Origin: Candidatus Woesearchaeota archaeon
GTDB lineage: Archaea > Nanobdellota > Nanobdellia > Woesearchaeales > UBA583
NCBI GenBank assembly: GCA_965205335.1
Contig: OZ242164.1
Span: 1,024,001-1,088,000 of the forward strand
Length of the DNA stretch: 64,000 nucleotides
Direction: 5' to 3'
Both the position numbers and the translations under genes were made by a program. Shown here one piece after another: positions 32,163 through 41,656 of the stretch; positions within the stretch are counted from its first letter, which is position 1; every line of letters begins with the position of its first letter. The notes beneath the pieces are model-generated. The model had not been told where the DNA came from and ran no database searches. It worked only from the letters and a program-made list of their open reading frames with translations.

Positions 32163-32912
32163 ACCAGAGTTCTCTAAAAATTGTAACACATTATCAGAGT
32201 TCTCTAAATATCGTAACACATTACCAGAGTTCTCTGAATTCAATAAAGCATAATTAGAGTTCTTTGAATTCCATAAAGCATCACCAGAGTTCTTTGAATT
32301 CCATAAAGCATTATCAGAGTTCTCTGAATTCCATAAAGCATTACCATAGTTCTTTGAATTGTCTAAAGCATCACCAGAGTTCTTTGAATTCCATAAAGCA
32401 TTACCAGAGTTCTTTGATCCTCGTAATGCATTACCAGAGTTCTCTGAATTCAATAAAGCATAATTAGAGTTCTCTGAATTCCATAAAGCATCACTATAGT
32501 TCTCTGAATTCCATAAAGCATTACCAGAGTTCTTTGAATTGTCTAAAGTATTGCCAAAGTTCTCTGAATATCGTAATGCATTACCAGAGTTCTCTGAATT
32601 CCATAACGTAAGACCAGAATTCTTTGATCCTCGTAATGCATTATCAGAGTTCTTCGAATTCCATAAAGCATGACCTGAGTTCTTTGAATTCCATAAAGCG
32701 TTACCAGAATTCTTTGATCCTCGTAATGCATTATCAGAGTTCTCTGAATTCCATAAAGCAAGACCAGAATTCTTTGAATATCGTAATACACTACCAGAGT
32801 TCTTCGAATTCCATAAAGCATGACCTGAGTTCTTTGATCCCTGTAATGCATCACCTGAGTTCTTTGAATTCCATAAAGCGTTACCAGAGTTCTTTGATCC
32901 CTGTAATGCATC
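32163..32912 (-). repeat. 25 tandem 30-bp coding repeats (consensus NALWNSKNSG)
   Basis: Counted 25 decapeptide units, frame preserved throughout. Confidence 0.95.
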
Positions 32913-33170
32913 ACGATTTAACTTTGCTCCCCAAAGTTGCCTATCCTTAAAGACCATGTTATGTCCTCCTGTACTTAGAATTATTCCTAATCCACCAGTA
33001 TCACATGCTCTAACGTATTTCAGATCTCCCGTAATCATAGCGTATGAAGCAGTTGCAACACCTACTACCGCTTCATTTTCATGAGAAAAATAACTTTTCA
33101 AATCATCTGGGTTTTCCTTGTAGTTCTTTACTATTATTTTCGTTATATCTCTTACTCTATTTGAATTTAT

Positions 33171-34091
33171 TGTGCAGTAAAGTAGCATATGCTACCAATC
33201 AATTTTATTGAAGACTTCAGCAGGAGTTTTCTGATGAAGGCTTAAATGAGGTCTAAATTGATTGTAATTAAAACGAAATAACTCTAAATCATTATTATAA
33301 AAAGAACATTCACTTTTAATAGTACCAAAAAGTCTTTCGACTTTTCCATTCGTTTGAGGTCTTTTGACCTTTGTACGAATGTGTTTAAGATTTCTTCTTC
33401 TACACCAAACATCAAATTTTGAATACTTTGATTTCCCGCCATAGGGACTTCCATTATCACTAATTATCTGTTTGGGAGTTCCAAACTGGGAAATTAAAGT
33501 ATCTAAGAACTGCGTAACTACAAATGTGGTGACTGTTGGAACATATAAAATACCTAAGCAGTAACGTGAACAGTCATCAATTACTGCAATTACTTTACCT
33601 GATTCACCAAACTCACTATCATCAATATGCCATAGAGAGTTTGGATTTTTACGTTCGAAACGAACGTATTTAGCTCTTTGCCCACGATTATGTTCTTTAC
33701 GAGTTAAACCATTACATTTTAGAACTTTATTGATTGTAGTATGAGATAATTGAACAGATTTAATCTTTTGCTTTAGCTTTAGTGCTCCAACCAGTTTTAT
33801 TACGTAACTCAATTATCTCTTTTTCAGCTTCTTGAGTTACTTTGTAATAAACTTTATTAGGGATTTTAGATTTGTCTTGAAAATTCCAAATTAATCATTA
33901 AATCGTTTATACCTACGCTTTAATGTTGAAATATGAAAAGTTCTACTGAACTTTTTCTCTAAAAGTATTTGACATTTAGAGTACGAATACTTACATTTTA
34001 ACTTTATGAATTCACGGCGTAAATGTTCTTTTTTCATAAAAATTAGAAAAATTCTAATTTTATATGGTAGCATATGCTACTTTACTGCACA
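33171..34091 (-). mobile_element. IS481-family element, 921 bp, frameshifted transposase (34037 to 33192)
   Basis: Perfect 27-bp TIRs TGTGCAGTAAAGTAGCATATGCTACCA; 16-bp TSD CTCTATTTGAATTTAT (33155-33170, 34092-34107); WHID, DDCSR, SDNG, PQTNGKVER. Confidence 0.95.
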
Positions 34092-34304
34092 CTCTATTTG
34101 AATTTATCCTGAATGCATTAAAGTTTACAACTTTATCCAATATTCTCTCAAGTTTTGGATTAGTTTTTTCATTCATAATGTTGGCAGCACCTATTCACTT
34201 ATAAACTTATTCACTATAACATAGTTATAAATTAAAGTTTAATTAATACAATAATATGATAATTTAATGATTAATTTTTTACAAATTTTAAGTAGTTTAG
34301 ATAG

Positions 34305-34547
34305 GGCTTTGTACAAAAAGTAAATAATTCATATGAAAAACCTATTTTTTAGATTATTAATTCTTTTTCAAAAATTTTATCTATTTTAGATAGAACAAAT
34401 TTCATATTAGAATCTAAATTGTTAATAATATAATATTTTTTGATTATTTGTTTCATATTTCAATCTAATTTAAATTTGGTAGTACTGCACAATTATTACC
34501 AACTTATACAATAAGTCAAAATATTTATTACTTTTCGTACAAAAACG
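34305..34547. mobile_element. Degenerate MITE
   Basis: GGCTTTGTACAAAAAGTAAATA versus reverse complement CGTTTTTGTACGAAAAGTAATA. Confidence 0.4.
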
Positions 34548-34772
34548 AAGTCAGCATTTTATAAAAAATGGGAAGTGATTGAAGATATTGATCATTTAAA
34601 TCAAGAATTTAGAAATTTGACAACTTAGAAAATTTCTTCAAAGTAATTTAAATATTCATTTTTTAATAATATATTATTTTACACAAATTGGGAAGAAATA
34701 ATAAATCAAGCAATATAGCAAACGAATTTGCACCAGAACCGTGATTAGGAGATTGTTTAGGTTATAATCCAT

Positions 34773-36056
34773 TTATTGTTTTAAGAGTTTTTTTGTAAAG
34801 GCTTTGTATTCTTCTACATTGGGCTGGTCAAAGGGATTAATGTTAAGTAATCTTCCAATAATCATTGTTTCAATCATTTTGCACTGCATTATTGCACCAA
34901 TTGTGTATTCGTTTATTTCATCAATTTCAGTTATTATGAGAGGTTTTTTTCTTTTTGCAAATGCATTTTTTGTTCCATCAATTATAGAGTCCATAATGTG
35001 GGTAAATGTTTTAGAACTTATTAGAGGGTTAAAGTTTTTGTATTTGGAACTTATTTTAATATTCTTGTCTGATTTTACTTTAATGAATGAATATATTTTA
35101 TCATCAGGTCCTCCTAAGTAGAGTTGCCCTAATGAGTGTAAATCAACTGAACCGATTGAAACAATGGGAGTGATTCCTGTTTTTACTATGTTGCCTTTTG
35201 TATCAAATTCTTTGCCGCAACTTTCTGCTAAGAGTTGTCTTCCCCAAAGCCCTAAGTTTCTAAGTCTTTTGGAAAAAATGAAAGATACGCTAATGTTTCT
35301 GTTATTTTTGTAATTAGAGTACGAGAATAAGGCAGAGTTTAAGGCAGAGTTCTTTGATATAGAAGATGATAAGCATAAATCTCGCATATCTTTTGCTCCC
35401 TGAAGTAATTTTTTGCAGTTAATTCCTAAAATCATCAGGGGGAAAATTCCAACCTGAGTGAAGACGCTATAACGCCCTCCAATGTTCTTATTCATTTCAA
35501 GAATGTGAAAGCCATTTGCTTTTGAAAAATTATAGAGAGGAGAGTTAGAGATTGTTGTTGCAACAATGTATTTTTTATAGTCTTTAATGTGTTTTTTAAA
35601 TAAGTCTAAGCAAACTAGAAAGTTTGAGGTTGTTTCAATAGTGCCACCTGATTTTGATATAACATTTAATATTATTTTTTTGTTCTCTTTAAGGTTTTCT
35701 TCAATTAATTGTAGTGTGTTTTTTACATCAAAGGAATCAACTGTGTCTAAAAAGAATATGTCTGTATTTATTTTATATGAACCATATATGCTTTCATAGA
35801 CTGCTCTTGTACCTAAATCTGAACCGCCAATTCCTATTACAATAATTTTATTTGTTTTTGGGATTTTTCTTAGAACTTTTGCACATAAGTTAAGTATGCT
35901 TGGGTCAAACGGAGCATTAATTGAACATCTTTCATCTAAGTAATTGTTTGATTTGGCAACTTTTTTTAGTTGTTTTATTTCATTTTTCGCTAAGTCAATA
36001 GTCTTTTTTGTGTAATTAGTTTTGGCATAGTTAAAGTCAAAATTGATATGTTTCAT
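34773..36056 (-). CDS. pgi: Glucose-6-phosphate isomerase (PGI family)
   Basis: IGIGGSDLG, ISKSGGTIET, GGRYSV, QLLAESCGKE, DLHSLGQ, NPFDQPNVEEYK. Confidence 0.95.
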   Translation of the reverse strand: MKHINFDFNYAKTNYTKKTIDLAKNEIKQLKKVAKSNNYLDERCSINAPFDPSILNLCAKVLRKIPKTNKIIVIGIGGSDLGTRAVYESIYGSYKINTDIFFLDTVDSFDVKNTLQLIEENLKENKKIILNVISKSGGTIETTSNFLVCLDLFKKHIKDYKKYIVATTISNSPLYNFSKANGFHILEMNKNIGGRYSVFTQVGIFPLMILGINCKKLLQGAKDMRDLCLSSSISKNSALNSALFSYSNYKNNRNISVSFIFSKRLRNLGLWGRQLLAESCGKEFDTKGNIVKTGITPIVSIGSVDLHSLGQLYLGGPDDKIYSFIKVKSDKNIKISSKYKNFNPLISSKTFTHIMDSIIDGTKNAFAKRKKPLIITEIDEINEYTIGAIMQCKMIETMIIGRLLNINPFDQPNVEEYKAFTKKLLKQ

Positions 36057-36164
36057 ATTTTTAATCCGAATATACTATATTTAAAAGTTTGTGTATTACT
36101 TCTAAAATTACCACTGTGTATTACAAGCCAAATATTAAATAAGTGAAAGTTTTTGGTATCTTAC

Positions 36165-36581
36165 ATGAAACAGACTAAAAAGAAAAAAGTAGGCAAAGAG
36201 GATTGTTGTTGTCCCTTACATAAGTGGGGTAAGATTGTGTTTAGCATTGGTATTATAATAGCAATTATTATGACTTTGGTTGCGGCATTTAATGAGCCAG
36301 GTGAAACTATGACTAGAGTTGTGATTGCATTACAAATTCTAATTGGTATTGCAGTTGGTTTTCTAAATATTACAAAAGATGAAACAAGGGAATTTCTGTT
36401 AGCATCATTAGTTCTTGTAGTGCTAATAGGACCTTTTTTAGGACTTGTAATACAGATGTTTCCGGGATCAGGAGCTACATCAAATATGCTTGAGGAGTTA
36501 TATAAGTATTTAGTTGTATTAATTGTGCCTGCGGCAACAATTGTAGCACTTAAATCTATATTTAGAAGCGCAAGGGATTGA
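36165..36581 (+). CDS. Four-TM membrane protein
   Basis: Hydrophobic helices, GIAVGFLNIT..ET..FLLAS, VPAATIVALK. Confidence 0.75.
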   Translation: MKQTKKKKVGKEDCCCPLHKWGKIVFSIGIIIAIIMTLVAAFNEPGETMTRVVIALQILIGIAVGFLNITKDETREFLLASLVLVVLIGPFLGLVIQMFPGSGATSNMLEELYKYLVVLIVPAATIVALKSIFRSARD

Positions 36582-36614
36582 TTAAATAAAATCTTTTGTT
36601 AAAATATTTTTTGA

Positions 36615-36953
36615 TTAGAATTCTTCAATGTTGTTTAGGCTTTCAAGGATGCCTTTTTTTTCAAGTTGTTTTATTTCATTAGGTTTGTATTTGTATATTA
36701 AATCTGCTTTGCTTTTGTCAAGTTCCCATGGTTCAAGCAAGACGATGTCTCCTTCGCGAATCCATAAGTATTTTTTAACTCTTCCAGGGACTCTTGCCAT
36801 TATATCACGCCCATCTATTGAACGAATATTCATACGTGAGCCTCCTAATCTTTTTTCTACTATTCCAATGAATTGTTCTCCTTTTGGCATCTTAACTCGG
36901 GTAGATTCAGAATTCTGTAAATCATCAACTCCCTTCTTTAAGTTTTTAGCCAT
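36615..36953 (-). CDS. eif1a: Translation initiation factor aIF-1A
   Basis: RLGGSRM, RVPGRVKKYLWIREGDIVL.EPW. Confidence 0.96.
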   Translation of the reverse strand: MAKNLKKGVDDLQNSESTRVKMPKGEQFIGIVEKRLGGSRMNIRSIDGRDIMARVPGRVKKYLWIREGDIVLLEPWELDKSKADLIYKYKPNEIKQLEKKGILESLNNIEEF

Positions 36954-37099
36954 TTAAAGATAATTATAAGAGAACATTTATAAATTTAAGTAAGAGTTTT
37001 CTAATTAATTTTTTTGCATTAAAGAATATCTTGGATTTGATTTTGTGAAAGAGTGTTACTTCTCAGTGAACAAATATGTATATATATAAAAATTAAAGA

Positions 37100-38140
37100 A
37101 TGGAATGTATGAGGTTAATTAAAAATAATACAGTAATTAACAAATTTGTTTTTGTTTTAGTTCTCCTTTTAGGAGTTTATGTGGTTTTTGGGGCAACAAG
37201 TAATGTTGACCCAAATATTGGTTATTATGAAGATCCTTATGGTAACAATGTTGATTATTATGATCCTTATGATCCTTATGATCCTTATGGTAACAATGCT
37301 GAAGAGAGTATATTTCCTCCAACAACCGATAATTATGTGAGAAATGAAACACCTATAACAGAAGAAGAGATTGAGGATTTTTGTAGTACATTGGATGTGG
37401 AAGAATGTATTGAAGGTAAACTATGTGAACCTAAATATTATGAGAATTTTGATAAATGTGTAAATGGACAACAACTTATAACGGAAGAAGAGATGGAGAA
37501 TTTTTGTAGTACATTGGATGTGGAAGGATGTATTAAAGATATACAATGTGAACCTGGGTATATAAGAACATGGCAAACTCTATTCCTTTTTGAGAGTTTT
37601 GATAAGTGTGTAAGTTTAAATATTTTTGAAGTTAGACAACAACTTATAATGGAAGAAGAGATTGAGGATTTTTGTAGTGCATTTGGTGTGGAAGAATGTA
37701 TTAAAGATAGACTATGTGAGCCTAAGTATTATAAGAGTTTTGATAAATGTGTAAAAGGACAACAACCTACAACGGAAGAAGAGATTGATAAGGAAGAGAT
37801 TGATAAAAAAAGAGAATCGAACTTAGAGATGGTTAACCAAAGCCTGGAAGATGAATTTGGATATGCTGTTGCTTCAAAGGCGGCAGATGGTATCATTTTG
37901 ATTGCTGTAGGTGCCCCTGGAGACGATGAAGTTGAGGAGAACACCGGCGCAGTATATGTCTTCGGGCTTCACCGTGAAAAGGTATGGTTTGAGAAGAAGA
38001 TACTGGCCCCAGAAGAATTTCTTCCTGGAGATGGCTTTGGGCACTCTGTAGAATTTGTTGATGAGCATCTTTACGTTAATTCAAGGAGTGGTCGGGACGG
38101 AATGTCCATCCCAATAGTTAATTTTTCAACTATTGAATAG
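37100..38140 (+). CDS. Secreted protein with YDP repeats, three Cys-rich repeats and a C-terminal FG-GAP fragment
   Basis: Signal peptide; EEEIEDFCSTLDVEECI...CEPKYY..FDKCV x3; FGYAVA...AVGAPGDD...TGAVYVF, FGHSV. Confidence 0.75.
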   Translation: MECMRLIKNNTVINKFVFVLVLLLGVYVVFGATSNVDPNIGYYEDPYGNNVDYYDPYDPYDPYGNNAEESIFPPTTDNYVRNETPITEEEIEDFCSTLDVEECIEGKLCEPKYYENFDKCVNGQQLITEEEMENFCSTLDVEGCIKDIQCEPGYIRTWQTLFLFESFDKCVSLNIFEVRQQLIMEEEIEDFCSAFGVEECIKDRLCEPKYYKSFDKCVKGQQPTTEEEIDKEEIDKKRESNLEMVNQSLEDEFGYAVASKAADGIILIAVGAPGDDEVEENTGAVYVFGLHREKVWFEKKILAPEEFLPGDGFGHSVEFVDEHLYVNSRSGRDGMSIPIVNFSTIE

Positions 38141-38258
38141 ACCAAACACAACTACAAAAAGCAGAAATGTTTTCACGTTTCTGCTCTTTTTTCTTATCAA
38201 CCGACCACCAAACCAACAAAAACAGTATAATAAATGCACGCCTGATAACGTTTAAAAA

Positions 38259-38489
38259 ATGAAAAACTTGCTGCCAGTCACTATAATAGTAATACTGATA
38301 GTCATCACACCCGTATTTGAACAAAAACAAGAAAACATTGAGCTGGAACTGAATATGTAGCAAGAACTCATCCATCCATTTGCCCCACAAAAAACAGAGC
38401 AGGAAAGAGTAACAACTGAAGTACTGAAAATAGATATCTAAAAATGGAAAATAAGTAATGTTAACCCAATCAGTGGATTCACCGACTAA
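38259..38489 (+). pseudogene. Decayed exported-protein gene with in-frame stops
   Basis: MKNLLPVTIIVILIVITPVF...M*QEL...DI*KW; the minus-strand ORF 38130-38531 is probably its shadow. Confidence 0.4.
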
Positions 38490-38550
38490 CCAAAAGAAAA
38501 CACCACTAACAAACCTGAAGACATCCCACATACAACATCATAATCCCTTA

Positions 38551-39210
38551 TTATGCATCAGCATTTACTTCTTTTACTTCTATTTTAAGTTTGTAATCTT
38601 TGTAATCAGAGATTGCTTCTTTAAATGTTTTTGATAGCATTTCTTCCATACCCGCAAACTGTTGGGGAGCTTTTAAAGTTATATTTTTATCTGCAACGCT
38701 TACTTCAAAAAGGTTTCTTGGAATTCTCAGAACAGTTTCCATAACAACTGAGATCTTCTCTGCCATATCATCAACTTTTGAAAGTACTTTGTAATTAAGT
38801 TTAATGTCTTTTCCTGCAAGAGGATTGTTAAAATCAACCATAATCCTACCTCCTGTAACACTTTTTACTGTCCCATACATTCCATTGAAATCATATGTAA
38901 TTCCAACAACAGGTTTTAGTTTGTGTTCATCAAAAGCAGATTTGGGGAATGTTTTTATGTAATCTTTTTTTCTATTTCCATAGGCTTCATCGGGTTTTAA
39001 TTCTAATTCCCCATTATCTCCTTTTATAATAGCATCATCTAATGCCTTTAAAATAAATGATTTGCCCAAAACAATAGTCTGCGGAAGGTAATCTTCAATT
39101 TGCAAGTTAGCTTCTTTTCCTAATTTCTCATTAGTGGTCTGAACTAATTTGTTATTTGCATATATATCAAATTCAATCTTTACAAAATCATTTTCTTTGT
39201 ATTCAGCCAT
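38551..39210 (-). CDS. FKBP-type peptidyl-prolyl isomerase, archaeal long SlyD-like
   Basis: DFVKIEF, P.EAYG.R, GRIMVDFNNPLAGK. Confidence 0.92.
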   Translation of the reverse strand: MAEYKENDFVKIEFDIYANNKLVQTTNEKLGKEANLQIEDYLPQTIVLGKSFILKALDDAIIKGDNGELELKPDEAYGNRKKDYIKTFPKSAFDEHKLKPVVGITYDFNGMYGTVKSVTGGRIMVDFNNPLAGKDIKLNYKVLSKVDDMAEKISVVMETVLRIPRNLFEVSVADKNITLKAPQQFAGMEEMLSKTFKEAISDYKDYKLKIEVKEVNADA

Positions 39211-39418
39211 ACAAAAAGGAAACTCCAAAACTTTATATATTTTATTGTTGAAAAAATACTTAAATAATTAAAATAAATACAATGAATATAAACAATGAAT
39301 GTAAAGTTTTAATCTCTAAGATTTGTATGATTTTAGACTTCTATGGTTTCATTTCCTAGTACATACTATTACAAAGCAACAACAAATACTTATAAAAAAA
39401 TTATAAGGTAATAAATAT

Positions 39419-41653
39419 ATGGGTAAGGCAAAGAAATCCCAAGTTAGTATGTTTATTATTATTGGGATAATTATAATTATATGTTCTATTGCATTTATTT
39501 CTTTTACTGATTTTGATATAGATATTTTTACAGATGAGAAGTCTTCTACAAAAGTAAAGGAATTTGTTGAATCTTGTCTTGAACTTGAAACAAATAGAGC
39601 CCTTGAAAGAATTGGTAATACTGGTGGATGGATATATCCCCCCCAAGTAGGTTTTTATGCACCTTTAGAACTTGAAGAAAAACAACTTTTAGATGACCCA
39701 TTGGTAAAAGGAGCAGAAGGTGTTGATTTTTTTAATGTTGAAATACCTTATTGGTATTATTATGATGATTCTAGTGAAAGTTTTAGAAATAATCTTATTC
39801 CCCCATATAATAATCCCGATGACCCAAATTCAATTCAAAATCAGATGGAGAGATATATTGAAGAAAATATCGAACGTGAATGTTTTAGAAATTTTAATGT
39901 GTTTGAAGATGTATATGATATAGAGTATGATAGAAATGAGATTAATGTTGATGTTGAATTGCCCAATAAGGAGAGTAAGGAGATTTTCGTGAGTTTGGAA
40001 CTTCCAATTCATATTGATGAAATTACAAGTGAAGGAAAAGAGTATGTTGACTTTTTTAGTTTTGAAACTGAAAATGTTCTGTATATTCCATATCTTTTAG
40101 CAAGAGATGTGGTTGTAGCAGAGGATAATACATCATTTCTTGAACACAAGATAATTAGTTTTATGAATCCTTATGAGACTACTGATGATAGGGATGAACT
40201 TCCTCCAAAGTATGCATTTGAACTTAGTTATGATTTTGACCCATGGAGTGTATCTGATGTTGTAATTAAAGTTAAAGAGATAATTAGTTCAAATTTATTT
40301 CTGGTTAAAGATACTAATACTAATATTACACCGGTTGAACTCCCAGCAGGACTTGAGAATAATGATTTTGCAGATGCAGTTCTAAATAGGATACACACAA
40401 AAAATTATCTAAGTCAGCATAGTATATTGCTTGAAGATGGAGAATATAAGTTATTTAAAAGGTTTAAAGATTATAAACTTGATTTTGAGTATGAAATGCA
40501 TCATCCTATGGCGTTTAAAATTAGTCCAAGTGTTGGAAATATTTTAGTTCTTCCAAGACCTGAGGCTTTTGCAGGTATACTTCCAATATTTTTTACAGAG
40601 TATGTTAGTGCATATGACATAACAACTGCTGTATTTGTTGAGATACAACCTTCTAAGGGTGATGGTTATACTTTTAGATTCCCTATTGAAGTGAATATTG
40701 ACAACAATAATCCTCTAAGAAATAATTATGATTTGGAACTTAATTTTAGCGCTTTAATAGATACTTCGGCAAGTACTCTCTCATTAACATGCAATCCGAT
40801 GCAGTTTATTTCAAAGCCAGTTAGAATTAATATAACTGATCCTATTAATTATGGAGATAGAGAAAGTGATGACCCTTTGACAGGAGTTGAAGGAGCAATA
40901 GTTGAGTTTACTTGCAAAAATCTTGAGAAGTGCATAATATTAACAGATACTCCTATTAATGGAAGGTATCCTTCTAAGAATATAACAGAACTTGAGTTCA
41001 GTCTTCCTATTAATTGTAATCCTGGAACACTTGAGATATCTAAATTTGGGCACAAAACTATAAGAATTAAAAATTTAAATCCTAATTTAGATGATGAGAT
41101 TAATCTTGGAGAGTTTGAAATGCCATCCTCTAAAACATTAGAGTTAAATGTATATAAAAATAAAAAAGATTCAGGTACTTCAAAATTTGACGAGGGTGAT
41201 GCTTTAACACCTGATGAAACAGGATTTTTAATTTTTGAAAGTTTAGAAGAAGAGAACTTTGTTAGAGCTATTGAAGTTAATTCTACAAATCAATATTATT
41301 TAGAGATAGACTTAATGCCCGGAAATTACTCAGTTACAGGATTTATCATAGATAATAAGAATAGAACAATCCATGCTGAGACTATAGAATATGATAAAAA
41401 TGCATTTATACCTGGAGGTAAAGAAGAAGTCCATTTACCTCAGATTAATCTATCAGCATGGATTAGTGCGAGTCTTGAGAGAGATACGTTTGAGATTAAA
41501 ACAAAACACCTTCTACAAAATGAAGAATTGACAGTAAATTTAATTGATCTTGGAGTACCCAAAGATTATGATGATTTAGAAGATAGTTCCGATGTAGTGA
41601 GTAATACAAAAAATATAAGCAACTCAAATAGTTTTGAACCATATTTTGATTAA
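39419..41653 (+). CDS. Large class III signal peptide surface protein (744 aa)
   Basis: KKSQ-VSMFIIIGIIIII; V..FVESCL...GG; IPYWYY. Confidence 0.8.
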   Translation: MGKAKKSQVSMFIIIGIIIIICSIAFISFTDFDIDIFTDEKSSTKVKEFVESCLELETNRALERIGNTGGWIYPPQVGFYAPLELEEKQLLDDPLVKGAEGVDFFNVEIPYWYYYDDSSESFRNNLIPPYNNPDDPNSIQNQMERYIEENIERECFRNFNVFEDVYDIEYDRNEINVDVELPNKESKEIFVSLELPIHIDEITSEGKEYVDFFSFETENVLYIPYLLARDVVVAEDNTSFLEHKIISFMNPYETTDDRDELPPKYAFELSYDFDPWSVSDVVIKVKEIISSNLFLVKDTNTNITPVELPAGLENNDFADAVLNRIHTKNYLSQHSILLEDGEYKLFKRFKDYKLDFEYEMHHPMAFKISPSVGNILVLPRPEAFAGILPIFFTEYVSAYDITTAVFVEIQPSKGDGYTFRFPIEVNIDNNNPLRNNYDLELNFSALIDTSASTLSLTCNPMQFISKPVRINITDPINYGDRESDDPLTGVEGAIVEFTCKNLEKCIILTDTPINGRYPSKNITELEFSLPINCNPGTLEISKFGHKTIRIKNLNPNLDDEINLGEFEMPSSKTLELNVYKNKKDSGTSKFDEGDALTPDETGFLIFESLEEENFVRAIEVNSTNQYYLEIDLMPGNYSVTGFIIDNKNRTIHAETIEYDKNAFIPGGKEEVHLPQINLSAWISASLERDTFEIKTKHLLQNEELTVNLIDLGVPKDYDDLEDSSDVVSNTKNISNSNSFEPYFD

Positions 41654-41656
41654 GGC

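Larger units (their letters stand above)
32106..34176 (-). pseudogene. Decapeptide-repeat protein gene interrupted by IS481; original start at 34176
   Basis: Removing the IS and one TSD joins MNEKTNPKLERILDKVVNFNAFR-INSNRVRDITK in frame. Confidence 0.85.
31882..34740. mobile_element. Relic composite transposon bounded by two inverted IS6-like ends
   Basis: GGTTCTGATGTAAATTC versus reverse complement GGTTCTGGTGCAAATTC (15/17); transposase C-terminal remnants next to both ends. Confidence 0.65.

Noticed and set aside
32163-32912. CRISPR or guide-RNA array
   Set aside because: Units are contiguous 30-mers with a small recurring set of variants rather than unique spacers, the frame is preserved, and no cas-like gene is nearby
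32163-32912. Diversity-generating retroelement target
   Set aside because: Some codons vary like AAT derivatives but non-A positions also vary; no template repeat or reverse transcriptase in the window
32264-32950. Alternative-frame ORFs 32264-32467, 32543-32914 and 32624-32950
   Set aside because: Shadows created by the repeat periodicity
38130-38531. 133-aa hydrophobic minus-strand ORF
   Set aside because: Phe/Trp-rich antisense shadow of A-rich decayed plus-strand coding DNA
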